Assembly (NCBI RefSeq): GCF_006345805.1
Contig: NC_042998.1
Location: 158,162,001 to 158,226,000, forward strand
Length of the DNA stretch: 64,000 nt
Origin: Octopus sinensis
Taxonomy: Eukaryota
Direction of reading: 5' to 3'
The notes beneath the pieces were generated by a model. It was given only the letters and a program-made list of their open reading frames with translations. It made no database searches and had not been told where the DNA came from. Numbering within the stretch: the stretch's first letter is position 1; each line of letters starts with the position of its first letter. The translations under genes were made by a program, and so were the position numbers. Positions 1 to 14,030 of this stretch are shown here, one piece after another.

Positions 1-2497
1 CCAGAAACTTTCTATGTGGTTGTTTTATCTGATACAGAAATAGCAATAAAATTTCTATAAAATCTCTCTCTCAAAGTTGATAAGGAATAGAATTTTAAAA
101 ATATGCTTCAGATGCAAAATACGTAAAAAAGACTGACGTGGTGACGGCTTTGATTGCTTTTGACTTGCATGGTTTTAAACAAGAACGTAAGCAAGGGACC
201 TTTTGAACTTCTGTGGCGTTAAAGTGGATGCGAAACAAATTTTCCGGATATGAAACTAGGCTACCAAATGTGACTTTCCCCGGGGATGCTGATTACTTTA
301 ATAAACCAAATGCAGCTTACAGTAGTAAAATTCACTCCAACTTCTGATACTTACTAACAATGAGACAACGAAGATATATTGACAAGCGCTCGCTTAACCA
401 GTAAGAGATTGCTTTCAAGTATCTCGAATAGCACATAGCCTACCGTTTTATAATTAGAAGAAAACATTGGATTATGCTATCCTAAATACAATACACATGA
501 AAGAAAACGGGCACGACGCACTGGTACGTGTATGTTCATAAGTTTATTGTATCAGTGCAGACTCAGAGATAAGCAACAATAATAACAACAGCATCATTTT
601 ACTAAAAGTAGTACAATAAGCTACTGAGTGTTTTGACCAAGTGTCTTGACTGATTATAGGAGTAGCAACAGGAAACGAACCAGCAACATTGCTATTCCTT
701 ACATCTCCGCTGTTCCTCCAAAAATTATTGACTCAGATATCTGCATCTCCCTTTTAACTCTATCCTCCCAGCGTTTGTTCTTTTATCTACGATATCCATA
801 TTGTTTCATCAGTGAATGCCATTTTGTCACATTGCGGCCATCTTATCTTCAAATGCCGTCTCGTGTCTATCATTCCCATCATACTTAGTTTTCTTGTCTA
901 AAGGTGCCATATTGATATAGCTGCCATCCACTAGTTTCTTCCAATCTTCCTCGCTGCATCTTAAAATCTGAATGATAAACAAATGAATATGATACTGAAT
1001 ATTAGTAAATAAAAATATTGACAGATTCGGATAATGTGACACAAAACAAATGTTATGGAAAAAAAGCAAATAAATAAAAGAAGAGAGATAGCAGAAAAAG
1101 AGGCAAGATATAGAAACAAGACTTAAGAAGAGAAAAAAATAAAATGTTTAGTTTGGAATAAAAGGTGGAAAAGAGAGGGTAACGAAGAGAAGTTGGAAGA
1201 GAAAAAAGAACGGAGAAAAAAAACAAATACAAAGAAAGAAGAGACGAAATAAAACAAAGAAATGCACAAAAGAAAGAAAAAAGACAGGAAAAAAGGTAAA
1301 TGAAAAAAGTAGAAAGAAAAGCAGAAATAAGGTAAATTGGGGGAAAAAAGAAAGGAAAATAAGAAAGATAATATAAAGGACGAAGGAAATGAAAAAGAAA
1401 GATGTGTTATATATTAATAGCAATAAAATTCTGACAGAGAGAAAGAGAGAGAGGGAGGGTGAGGGAGAGAGAGAGAGTTACTTTTAATAAGAGACACAAT
1501 AGCATACGATATCGGAATCTATTGGAATAATATTGTTGGGTTATTTCCTTGTATTTGGCTTCGTAGTTTTGCGTTTTTATATTTCTGATTAGAATGACTT
1601 GATTTAGTTTAGTTAAGGTTTGATTTGGTTTAGTTTGGCTTCCATTCGATTTCTTTGGTTTAGTTTAATCTTTGCCTAGTTTGTGTAGTACGGATTGGGT
1701 TGGTTTTATTTCTTTTCATTTCGTTTTAAATTTTGTACGATTTAGGTTCTTTGTCTGGTTTCCATTTCTTTGGTCTGATGTGATTTAAAGCTACTCCTTT
1801 ATCAAAATCAAATTTTCTGCTTTCTTAGGTTATTTCATAGTCATTATTTGTTGTTTTTGTTGTTTATATTCGTCTTGTTATTGTTGTAGATGTGTCGCTA
1901 TTAATTGTTTAATTCTTGTCATCACTAGTGTAAGTGTTACCTCACTAATTGTGTGACAATGAAATAATAAGACAAGAACTTGATAAGATCCGTTATGTTA
2001 AAATAAAGATAATAAAGATCCTGATAAAACTTTTAAAATATACTCACGCGCGCGCGCTGGCGCGCATGCGCACACATACACACACATGAGCAGATACCTG
2101 TGTGGACGGACAACGAATGTTAAGAAATACGAATCAACGTACACAGTTATAGGTATATAGTTAACGCATTCACGCACGTAAATGCAGAAAGAGGGAAGAG
2201 AAAGAGAGAGAGGTGAGGAAGAAGAAAAAAGGCAATTGCATGTGGTAAAAGGATAAAAGTAAAGAATAGCCTAAAACTAGAAATAAAAATGTAATTTCTT
2301 ATGTGCAAAACCATTCATTTTATATATAACATATAATAAATGCAGTCTTAAAATTACATAAAAAAACACCTTTCTCCTCGAATAAACAAATAGTTTGAGA
2401 ACAGATACGCATTTCGGTAATAAATAACCCATTTTACTCAGACATTGTACCTAGAGCTATATCATTTAATGTATTATTTTAAAAACATAGTGTAATT

Positions 2498-3405
2498 AAG
2501 TGGTTCTCAACCGGGGTCCATATAAGAAATTGAGAGAGAGTCCATGTAAGCAAAATAATAAATTGGGTACACACAGAACACACAGAAGTATATAAAGTGC
2601 CCTTGAAGAAATGTTACTCTGGATGTATTAGGTTGTCCGACAAGTTCGTGCCGATTTACTGTAGCTTACCTTTCGACTTATTTTAGAACATGGCTGAGCC
2701 CATAAAATAGGATTTGACTTCACCCACATTTAGAGCACATTTTAAGCTATCTTTTCGTGGAAGAAGGTTTATGTTCCCATGACCTGTGTTAATTCTGTAA
2801 CCCTTTAAAATGGAAGATAAGAAAGTTCCTTTTTGGCACTTAATGCTTTTCTTGTTCCGTAAAGGGAAAAATGCCTCACAAGCAACCAAAGAAATATGCG
2901 CAGTTTACGGTGATGTTTCTTTATCCGAAAGAACTGTACGGAAGTGGATCGCAAGGGTCCGAGCTGGAGATTGTAGCCTTATTGATAAAGAGAAGATTAG
3001 GCAGACCATCCACTACAGATGATGACCAAATCAAGTCATTAATTGAGAATAACCCACATTGCACAACCCGAGAATTGGCAGAAAGCCTCAACCTATGAAA
3101 ATCCGTCGTTCATGTGCACCTGGTAAAGATTGGGTAATGGCAAGTACTTATTGACCTTTTTCTTTCCTTTAAAAATCGGCACGAACTTTCCGGACAGCCC
3201 AATTTTATTGCAAGAAACAGCTTCGTTTCTGTCTTGGATAGTTTACATAGTTCAGCTTACACAGGTTAATGTATGAAAGGCAAAATAGGAATTTTGAAAG
3301 AAGTATCTATAAACTAGTTTTTAAACATTGAATGGCTGTGTGAGACCACCAGAATAGAATAGTAATCAAAGGGGTCCATAGATAAAAAGCAGTTGAGAAC
3401 CACTG
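2498..3405. mobile_element. Non-autonomous hAT/Charlie-like element (MITE), interrupted by a mariner
   Basis: Terminal inverted repeats aAGTGGTTCTCAAC (2498-2511) and GTTGAGAACCACTG (3392-3405) resemble the CAGTGGTTCTCAA termini of hAT-Charlie elements; subterminal GGGGTCCAT occurs near both ends. No 8-bp TSD is recognisable. Confidence 0.65.
2628..3202 (+). mobile_element. Internally deleted mariner transposon (N-terminal HTH region only, frameshifted)
   Basis: 30-bp TIRs ttaggttgtccgacaagttcgtgccgattt / aaatcggcacgaactttccggacagcccaa with TA at the left. ORF pieces 2810-3098 encode MEDKKVPFWHLMLFLFRKGKNASQATKEICAVYG...GRPSTTDDDQIKSLIENNP, a mariner DNA-binding domain. Confidence 0.9.
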
Positions 3406-3780
3406 ATGTTGTCTGAAGATTAAGTCGCTATTTCTGACAGGTTAGGAAGTCACGTAGTGATTCCTTTATTCGCTGGTGTCGTGAATGTAAGGTAAATGAC
3501 TAAGAAGAAATTAGAGAACTCGAAATTTCAATTAGAGACATCCTTTTCACACTAGTAACTTTTTATTTTCAGCATTTTATAATTCTCCCCATGAAACCAA
3601 AATGAATGTCTAGGGAGTGACGAGTAGCACCAAGTGTACTACGTAAACATTAAACAAGACTAAAATATGTTTGTTTGAAATTTCTCAAGAAGTAAACAGT
3701 GTAAATGTCTCTTTCGCAAACCTGATCTGAATTTTAAAGAGTAAAAACATTATTCAGTTTTTATGAGTCTATGTCCCGCA

Positions 3781-3962
<182 letters not shown>

Positions 3963-4787
3963 TTCGTATTCAGTTTATGTTTTACTTTCGTGCGTTTGAA
4001 GAAGATGCACTATTGACTGTTTGTAAACAATTAACTGTGAAATATCTGTGACAGAAAGAATTAAGAGAAGATTAAGATCACAGGATACATATTCTTTGTT
4101 CAGCTGAACTATGGATGGGTTCAGATTCAAAGTATCTTTGTTGGGTTGAGTTAGTAAAAGTTTGGAAGTCAAAGGAGTTAATCATTCCGCATAATTTCTG
4201 TGTAAATTATTGGCTAACTTTAGGGTTTCTTTTTCTTTCTCTATTAACATGTGAAAATCAATAGGCTATGTATTCATAGGTATTGGAAAATTTGTGAAAG
4301 CAATCAGTAACTTCTTCATGTATGTTTTTACTAGTAAGTAAATTGGGAAGTTTTGACATTTGAGTGAATCTCCATTTTGAGAATATTTTCATTTCGGGTA
4401 ATCAAAATATATGTTGGGTGTTTATGAATGATTGAGTTATTTCTTTGAAATTCTTGGCACAACTGAATTTAAGGGTGGAAAATGATGGAACTATTTGATT
4501 TTGTTAAATGTAGCCACAATATTCACGAGGCTAATCCTATTGTATTTGCCCTAGTTGGATTTGAATTTCTACCATGTACTTTCTCAAATTATCGGGTGGA
4601 GACTAGTGGGTAAAGTTAATACAAGGATTCGTTGAACATTATTAGTTGAATGTAAACTTTTTTATATGGATGGCATTTATGGAATCAAATACTGTGAGGT
4701 TTATAATTGCATGTCGTCAGTAAGTATCACATGGACGTAATCATTTTAATACCGATTTCGACAAAAATCCTAACAAACAACATATTT

Positions 4788-5205
4788 TCATCTTTTACCC
4801 TTTATTTGTTAGACTGCGGTCATACTGGGGCAACACCTTGAAGAATGTTTAGTCAAATGAATCAACCCTAGTACTTTTCGTAAACACACCAACATCTGTT
4901 GTCAAGTGACGTTTGAGAAGAGAAGACAGATGCACGCTCACACACATGCACGCGCACACACACACGACGGGCTTCTTTCAGTTTCCGTCACAAGGCTTAG
5001 GTCGGTCCGAAGCTAAGAGACAGTATTAACAATTGTATGCTAACATTACTCACAACACTATAATGATTACAATAGAAATGCTAGAATTAACAGATGCTTG
5101 TTAATTACGGAATCAATAAAAAATATGATAGGGGGAAAAGGTGCCACGCACTGAACTTTAAAACATGTGGTTAGAAAGCAAACTTCTAACCACACTGCCT
5201 CACCT
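4788..5205 (-). mobile_element. SINE family 2 copy carrying a ~110-bp foreign insertion
   Basis: Shares gacgggcttctttcagtttccgtc...aaggtgccacgca...aagcaaacttct(t/a)accac with copies at about 9686-9800, 19262-19622 and 27038-27190. The tRNA-like head is on the minus strand. Confidence 0.7.
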
Positions 5206-5530
5206 TCCCCCTTGATCAGTTTATTCTATGATTTCTTTTTCTTATTCCCAACTGGTTAAACAATATTTTGTTAACATTGGTTTCTTTCAAATCAATTCAT
5301 CTAACGTGTCACTTGTACTTATTTCAACGTAAGTTAGTCAAGTACTGGTATGGGTGCTGATAATATTTAGATGGTCATTCTGTCATAAAATCAGAATGAT
5401 CGAGAAATTGTCTACATCTGTTTAAGATTCTCTCTGCAATTAGTGACTTCAATAAAACGAAATAACTTACAATGGAAGTAGGAATCGGAACCAAAACTTT
5501 CATCAATAATAGTAGTTTTGATAATATTTA

Positions 5531-6659
5531 TCAGGTCGTCCAATAAGTTCAATCCGAATTTTGAATAAAGAAAACAAGTGATCAAATGTTATATTTAAAT
5601 GTCAGTTTCGATCTCCTCCCGGCTAGCGAAAGTTATGTCCCCCAAAGGATTCTGTAAACTACGAAACAAATGGTCGCCTGAAGGAGCAAGGTCGGGAGAA
5701 TAATGTGAATGAGGAATTTTTTCCCTACCAAGCTCTTCGATGTTCTGTGATGTGATCTTTACAGTGTGGGGTCGCGCATTGTCATGATGAAACATCACTC
5801 CAAAGCTGGGTTCAAACACTCTAATTGCTGACTTGAGCATTGATTGTTGCATTAGGTGGTAACAATTCAAAGTGAATTACTCCTTTGCAATCCCACCAGA
5901 TAGAGAGAATAACCTTTTTCCCATGAAGTTCCCTTCTCGGTTGTGGTTGAGCTTTGTCACTTTTACCAAGCCACTGTTTACGACGTTTAACATTTCGATA
6001 GAAGATCCATTTTTCGTCACCAGTCACAAGTCTATCCAAAAAGGGTGAAATGAGTTCACGAGAATGGAGAGAAGAGCAGATGTCAACTCGGGATTTGCGG
6101 TTGCTTTCGAACAATTCATGAGGCACCCATTTTCCAAGTTTAGGAACCTTTCCAAATTGTTGAAGATGACGATGAACAGTTGTATGATTTGATCTAAGCT
6201 TTATTGCCAATTCTTCAACTGATAATGCAGGATTTTCTTCAAGCAATGCCTCAAAGAGCTTATCATCAAACTCAACTGGACGTCCTGTTCGATCTTCATC
6301 TTCAAGGCTGAAATCTCCACTTCTGAATTTTGCAAGCCATCTTCTGCAAGTTCTTTCACTCAAGCATTCTTTCCCATAAACTGAGGGTACGTTTCGAGTC
6401 GCTTTGGCTGCAGAGTTTCCATTTTTTGTATTCATAAAGCATTAGGTGCCTTAAATGCTCTTTGGATACTTCCATTTTAGAAAGGGTTTTAATCAAAGAA
6501 ATTTTAATTCTATTATTCAGTAAAATAATATTTAATTAGCTTACTTGTACACAAATTCATAAAAATAATTTTTAATTCCATTAGACATTCTAAAATACAA
6601 TTAAATTTCATTCAATTTTAAAAAAGATAAAATCGGACAGAACTTATGGGATGACCTGG
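5531..6659 (-). mobile_element. Mariner transposon with transposase pseudogene (DD34D-type)
   Basis: TIRs tcaggtcgtccaataagttcaatccga / tcggacagaacttatgggatgacctgg with TA on both sides. ATG at 6475 (MEVSKEHLRHLML). Motifs WVPHEL, TGDEKW, HDNARPH and YSPDLAPS; frameshifts and deletions present. Confidence 0.95.
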
Positions 6660-6999
6660 TACGTTTTGACAGGATCAACCAGGGGGCTTCTATGTTGTCA
6701 CTCGATCCGTTAGAAATTATAATCAAATAACCTTAGTATTTTAGAAACTTAAAACAATGTAATATTAAATGAAAGCTGGATGGTCATAACAAAATGCCTT
6801 TTATCACATGTACGCTCGATTAGCGTTGGAGACTGAACAGCAACTGCCGTACCAGTAACACAAGGAAAAGTTCTAGAGGTGACCCAAAACAGAAGTGTGA
6901 ATCCTAATCTTTCCCAGATATTTAGTCTGGATATAGTATTCCTAGAAGCTCATTTTCCTGTAGATTATTAACAACATTAGTATTATTACTCCCACTTTT

Positions 7000-7210
7000 A
7001 AGGCAGTGAGCTGGCAGAATTATTAAGACGCCATACAAAGTTCATAGTGGCGTTTCTTCCGGTTTTACGCTCTGGGTTCAAATTTCATCGAATTTGCCTT
7101 TCATACTTTCGGGGCGAATAAAGTAAGTACCAGTTGAGAACTGGGTTCGATGTAATCGACCTCACCCTCCCTTCAAAGACTGCTGGCCTTGTGCCAAGTT
7201 TTAAAGCCAT
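7000..7210 (+). mobile_element. tRNA-derived SINE family 1 (octopus OK/OR-like)
   Basis: A-box-like ggcagtgagctggcagaa, B-box-like gggttcaaatt and the core ttgcctttcat..tttcgggg....taaataagtaccagtt are shared with many copies in the window. The family name is from recall, not a search. Confidence 0.8.
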
Positions 7211-9209
7211 TATTACTTTCACTTTTGTTAACAACCCATTAATGAGTACTATTTTCGACAGTATTGTTAGGATGTCTAATAATGCTGTTGGTACAAGATA
7301 TTTTTTATTGATACCATAAATAACAACCATTCTATTAATTCTAGCATTTCTATTGTATTCATTACAGCATTGTATGCAATTTTAGCACACAATTGTTAAT
7401 ACTGCCCTCTCACTTATTGTTGTGACTCCTGTCACCAGTATTATTACATTATGCCTGTTGTTTTATTCCTAGATTTACTTGTTGTTTCAAGTGTTACCAG
7501 TATTTCGATTTTTTTTTCTCCACCTTCCGTTCTAATAGAGCTATGACTATTGTTATTTGGCCTTTCAGTCATACATTAGCCTTGTTATTGTTCCTGATGA
7601 AATTTGAAATACTATTGTAGTCCTAATTTAACATAATTCTGTGCATCCTGTCTCTCTTCAAATCGCTAGTATCCTCCATATTTTTAAGTAATAATTCAAC
7701 GCAGCTATTATTTATTTATTTATTTATTTATTTCCTTCATTGTTATTCCGTTCTCTAGAGGAACATTTGTTTTGCGGATCTGTAAAACAACGGTCATATC
7801 CTCCAATAGTTGTTTCCTTATTTTCTTTGCTTCCACACTCTGCTCCCGTGAAGAGACACACTTCCATTGGTCTTCTATGGAAGAAATAAAATTACATAAA
7901 ATAACAACAGAGAACAAAAACGACAGAAAATGGCTTGCGATAGCCAAGTATTGTGTTTTGGTTTCTGCTTGTTTGCTAAGTTTTTTTTTTTTTTGTTTTC
8001 TTTTCATTGTCTGCTAACATCTAACTAAAATACTAGAGAATAATATTTGCTCAGACGCCATTTAGAATTATACTTAAAACCTTCTATTTCTATACTCGTT
8101 AGAGCAATGAATATCCGGACGCTTGCAAACAATCTGTTTTGATATATAGTTATTTTTCTTTCACCGATGCGTTCGATGTTCATTGCTTTTATTAATATTT
8201 TATCATTTGTTTTAGTTTTTTTTCTTCTTAACATAACACCGAGATTTTTTCTTACTTTGTCAATGACTTGTTCACAGCCGTCTGTCGGCTTGTTTAAGAT
8301 TTAAATAATTATTCGCTTACAGTGGCTGACTTTAGTAAACTTACTACATTGACTCTTTGATACTATTTAAGACTGATAAAAATTTCCTCTTTCAATTCAT
8401 TCGCTGTGCATGTTATGTTTGTTTGTGAATGTTTAATAGTGAGAGCATGTGTGTGGATATGTGTGAATGTGTGGACGAAGTATGTAGAGCTTTAGGCAAA
8501 TGCATTAGTCAGGCTTTTTACATGTAAATGCATTGGATCCTATTTCAATGTAAATATACAAACACGCATGACATATATGCATAAGTGTACACATACGCGC
8601 ACGTATATATATATATATACACATATACATATATGTATAAACATGCCTGAGGAGTGTGAGTGTGTATTTCTGCATGTGTCTAATAGATATTTCATACATG
8701 AAATATGCAGGGTTAGCCAAAAGTCACATGAGAGTAAATCAAAACCATTTAATTCCAAAATTAAACCAAAAAATTATTTTATATGATACTTCACTAATAA
8801 ATAGACAAATGCTGAAAAAAAAAACGGTGATTTTAACTCACAGCATTCAATTATTAAACATTCATAATTAGAATGAACAAATAAATTGAAAATTAAGTAT
8901 TTATGGAATTCTGATTTACTGACGGGTGACTTTTGCAAAAACCAATTTAGATAAAAAATTAATACAAAGTATATAATTTTATAAATATAATTATTATAAG
9001 GGCAACTACCGAACATGCTAGAAGAAGACACCAAAAGGCTCTAAAATTACTATATAACAGACACGGGCTGAAAGCGAGGGGATAGGGAGAATTTTTTTTT
9101 AAAAACGCTTCTGTAATACAACTAGATGTAATACAACTAGATTTAACCTGTATATATGTGTGAACACTTGTATATGCACTGTGGATGCATTGTGTTCGAA
9201 TGGTATGTG

Positions 9210-9321
<112 letters not shown>

Positions 9322-9605
9322 TGAGGGAATATTATTCCAAACTTACAGGGGAAAATTCAGTTTAGAAATACCAAATCAAACTTCACAAAATATAATATAA
9401 ATTAGAAAAAAACACCTTTTATCAATTCAAAATGAAAAAAATAAATTACACCATCTAGAAAATTACATATAATAGAAATATAAATATAAGATAAAAAATA
9501 ATATACCGATCATTAAGTAATGTGCAAAATAATGAATAAAACGTATATATTTGGTATATATATATACACATAAAATACGTTCATACATATGTATATATAT
9601 ATATA

Positions 9606-9688
<83 letters not shown>

Positions 9689-9813
9689 GAGGGATTCTTT
9701 CAGTTTCTATCTAGCAAATTGACTCATAAGACTATCGTAGGCCTGAGGCTACACAGTAGGAATTGGCAAGCAAGCTTCTTACCATACACCTACGCTTGCG
9801 CCTACACACACAC

Positions 9814-9897
<84 letters not shown>

Positions 9898-10364
9898 TAT
9901 GTATAAAGTGAGAGAGAGTGAGAAAGGAAGTTGGATCGATAGATAGACAGGCAGAATGTAACTTTTTTTGTGATTATTTTACATCTTTGTTGATGATGCA
10001 ACATGCGCTCTATTCTGAGCAAGATATTACCAAGTTTCCGTTTGAATGCTCATAACTCTCAGTGTTATTTTCACCAAATTGCAATATCACTTGTTCTGCA
10101 CACCAATCATTCTCTATCTAGTGGCAATCTCAAATTAGAGGCGTTGCATGGGTATGCATCTATTTTGAATACAGTAGATATGACCGATATAGTGAACTTG
10201 GAACTATTGCAACGAAGTATATACTGAAGCTTATCGATTGAAACAATTCTGATCTGGAACATTGTTTTTCCATCCAATTTGAAAGTTTGCGGAGACAAGT
10301 GGTGTAAAATTGTTTTAGATATGACACGTGTCTACTGAAAACGATGAATGTCTTGCAGTTATAT

Positions 10365-10580
10365 TGGTTTCAAATCTTGGCGCAAGGCCAGCAATTTCGT
10401 TGGGGAGTTGGGGAGGAAAGACGATTATACCAACACCAATGGTCAGTTGTTATTATTTTATCAACTCCGAGATGAAAGGCGAAGTTGACCTCGGAGGAAT
10501 TTGAAAGCGGAACGAAAAGACGGACGAAATGCCGCTAAGCATTTAACCGGCATGCAAATCATTCGACCAGCTTGCCGTCT
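10365..10580 (-). mobile_element. SINE family 1 copy
   Basis: gatgaaaggcgaagttgacctcggaggaatttgaa...gaaatgccgctaagcatt...ccagcttgccg is the reverse complement of the family consensus. Confidence 0.8.
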
Positions 10581-10890
10581 TACATCTACCAGTTAAATTA
10601 AAATACTGTATGATCTTTGGGGAGCTTGTTAATGATGTTGATATTGTTGCATTCCCAAACAGTGACGTGTAGTCTTTCAAAAGCTGAGATTACTTCAGCT
10701 ATCCAGGAAATGACCACACACACACACATACACACGCACAGACTCACACACACGCACACACACAAACACGCACGTACACACAAGGACATACACACACAGA
10801 CAGACACACATACATACTTACATACATACATACATACATACATACACGGTCATACATAAATACATACACACGTGCGCATATATATGTATA

Positions 10891-10923
<33 letters not shown>

Positions 10924-10939
10924 CATACATATATATATA

Positions 10940-10983
<44 letters not shown>

Positions 10984-11022
10984 GTGTGTGTGTGTGTGTG
11001 TGTGTGGATGTATATACATATA

Positions 11023-12050
11023 TTGGGTTGGCAACTAAGTTCCTGCCGTTTTTTAAATTTTTAAATTTTTTAAAAGGTTTAATAAAAATAACAACTAATT
11101 AATCAATAATGTATTCACCATTGTTGTTTACAACTTCTTCCGAACGTTCAACAAGATTTTCAATATCTCATTGGTAGAAATCACCCGATTTTGACTAAAA
11201 AAATTGATCCAACCAAGCTCTCAATTCTGCATCAGTTTTGAATGAAACTCCGTGCATAGCAATTGAAAGAGATCGGAAGAGGTAGAAATCAGTTGGTGCC
11301 AAATCAGGAGAGTACGGCGGGTGTGGCAGCACTTCCCAGCTATGCGTTTGAATAGCTTCCTAGGTCATATTGGTGATATGAGGGCGGGCGTTATCGTGCA
11401 GCAAAAGAACTCCATGCTGCCGATTAAGTCTTTTCTCTTGAATAGCCGTGTTGAGTCGTTCCATCTATTGAACATAGAGTTCCGCGTTGACCGTTTGGTT
11501 CCGTTCAAGGAATTAGTAATGGATAATCCCTTCCCACCATACGCACGACATCGTTTTAAGCAGATGACGATCTTGTTTTACAATGCTTCATATTGATGTA
11601 CAGGTATCATTTTTCGTTGTCAGTAAAGAAATCGTTGCTTGTGTCCATGAGTTGAGTGGTGACGAGCAAGCAAAGCAGTGGAGATTGTGGCTCGTTGATT
11701 TTTGTTGTTGTCACTTAAAGCAAGCGGAACCTGTGCTCCATACCTCTGAAACTTTCACATCGAGTGAAGATGCTTCTATATAGCAATGTGGGAGCATTCC
11801 ATTTTCTCTGCCAGTTCCCTTGTCGTTTGACGAGAAATTTCGAGCAAAAGTTGGTTTAATCGCGCTTCATCATTGCATCATCGCATTATGGTGCTGTTTT
11901 TCTTACAGACGGTGCCCAAATGACCCTACTATACTGTGCAGTCGACAAAACCAAAAACAAAAAATGCGCATGTGCGAAATTAAAAACACAAACCATGATA
12001 TAAATAGTGATGTGTGCGTATACACTTTTCACGCGAAACGGCTTCATAAA
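11023..12050 (-). mobile_element. Decayed mariner transposon
   Basis: TIR ttgggttggcaactaagttcctgccg follows a TA. Minus-strand translation gives HDNARPH, HPPYSPDLAPTDFYLFRSL and the C-terminus ...EEVVNNNGEYIID*. The other TIR is unclear. Confidence 0.88.
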
Positions 12051-12422
12051 TTGCTTCCATACTTGTGATGCAAGAATAATTTTACCCCGGACAAATATTA
12101 GGCTGTTCATTTGATTTTTAAAAATTAAAACTAAAAAATATTGCCTTCTATACTATATTCACATCTTTGAAAGTTTTTTAAATATTTACTTCCAGTTTTC
12201 TAACGTCAGTGACGTAGCATATCTCTTTATGTATATCTCTCTATCCATCAGTCTCTCTCTATCTTTCTCTCTGTAACATATCTCTCTATCTATAACTATA
12301 TCTCTATCGCTATCTCTCTATCTCTATATCTATCTCTCCGTATCTATCTGTCTATATGTTATCTATCTATAGCTCTCTATCTATATTTCTGTTATTTGTC
12401 TGTCTTACTAGCAAGCTCTCTT

Positions 12423-12457
<35 letters not shown>

Positions 12458-12868
12458 ATATATATATATATATATATCCCACTCACTCTCTATTGTTTTC
12501 ACTGTAAGTTTAAGTTTTCAATAGCTTTTTACAAACAAACAACGGCAAATTACTGACAGAAAGGAGTTCACAATCACTTATGTAAGTAATTTCATAATTT
12601 ACTGACAGAAGTATCTTTATAAATTTCACTGTACTCTGTACGGTTTTATGTTTTTCTGGCGGTTTTTTTCCCTGGTTCCTTCGATACTGGCCCTTTGGTT
12701 CACTGAGTGACAAATTTCGCTTCAACACATACAATACTTTATTTTCTGAAAATAAAGTATTGTATTTACTTTCTTCCTGTCGTATTAAGAAACATAATTT
12801 CCGTTACCAAATTATTTTCATTGTTTACTATCTTCTGCACTCCTGTATTTCTGTATACGTATATAACC

Positions 12869-13560
12869 ATGCCTAGAAGGAAAGCGTCAAATTTGCCAAC
12901 AATATCAAGGTCAGCCAAAAGAATGTCTCTGTCCAGGGAAAGAAAGATAGCTGCAGAAAGGGAAGCACGCCAAGAAACGAACAGACTATGCACTACAAAA
13001 GTCAGAGTATCTCAAAGTGATGAACAAATGTATGCACAACTGACAAGAAATAGGATTTCCACTGCAGAACGAAGAGGAGCAACTTCTATGAAGCAGCTTC
13101 CAGTTATGATCTAGCAGTTCATTAAGCAGAGTTTCCATTGGTGCAATGACAACTGAGTGCGTACATTGTAAAGCAAAGAAGTACTGTTCTATGTTTAAGA
13201 GATGAGCAATTATGTACATTATTTACATTATTTACAATTGACGGATATTTGTCCTCATCTTGTTTGTTGTTAACACAACCTTTCGGCTGATATACCGTCC
13301 AGCCTTCATCGGGTGTCTTGGGGAAATTTCGAACCTGGGTTCTCATTCCTAAATTATTTTTCGACGTTGTTGTTGTTGTTATTATTATTATTATTATTGT
13401 TCAATTCACTTCAGCCACCAGGATTTCCACCACACATTCTGATCATGAAAACAGGTGCTCCCATAATGCTATTAAGAAACCTTGGTACACCCAGACTCTG
13501 CAATGGAACAAGGTTGGTTGCTAAAACAGGCATGCCCCTTGTGTTGGAAGCAACATATCC
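12869..13560 (+). pseudogene. Helitron RepHel remnant: N-terminal region plus PIF1-helicase fragment
   Basis: MPRRKASNL...RSAKRM...EREARQETNRL and IGAMTTECVHCKAKK resemble Helitron N-termini. [39 protein letters not shown] is the PIF1/Helitron helicase motif. Confidence 0.85.
13184..13397 (-). mobile_element. Short Penelope-type terminal-repeat (pLTR-like) element with a degenerate minimal type I hammerhead (13272-13317)
   Basis: Minus strand reads gacac-CCGAUGA-a-ggcug...cagcc-GAAA-ggUU-guguu. Stems I and II pair but the core is mutated. Homologous to 29120-29380. Confidence 0.7.
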
Positions 13561-13601
13561 AAATCCCCACATTTCTTAATTCACAAAATTCACATACATG
13601 T

Positions 13602-13656
<55 letters not shown>

Positions 13657-13725
13657 TGTGCGTGTGTGTTACCAAGGGAAAGTTGGAAATGGTTCCAGTG
13701 TTTCGGTTTGCTTGCCTACATCGAA

Positions 13726-13767
13726 CAGTCTGATGAAGGTAAATAAACTGAAACTTTGACGTCACTG
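13726..13767 (+). ncRNA. Candidate type I hammerhead ribozyme
   Basis: cagu-CUGAUGA-a-ggu-aaauaa-acu-GAAA-c-uuugac-GUC-acug. Stem I is cagu/acug, stem II ggu/acu, stem III 2 bp. Predicted cleavage after 13763. Confidence 0.6.
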
Positions 13768-13998
13768 ATAATCAACCTTTAAGAGTTTAATAAAGTACTC
13801 TGCTAAAAAGTATTAAGTAAATTAACATGACATAAAAAAATGTATATACCAAAAACACTTATACAAGCACACAAACATGTATATGCATATGTACATGTAT
13901 GCATTATGTATGTATGTATGTATGGATGGATGTATGTATATATCTATGTATGTATGTATGTATATATGTATGTATGTATGTATATATATATATATATT

Positions 13999-14030
<32 letters not shown>

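Noticed and set aside
7000-7090. tRNA gene
   Set aside because: The A/B-box-like head continues into the SINE body found in many copies; no cloverleaf.
7590-7625. CUGAUGA-aauuu-GAAA motif
   Set aside because: No stem I and no in-register NUH; a chance match in AT-rich DNA.
8640-8713. aacaugc-CUGAGGA...GAAA-uau-gcagguu hammerhead-like match
   Set aside because: Stems are plausible but the cleavage nucleotide is missing and there is no second copy in the window; at best a dead relic.
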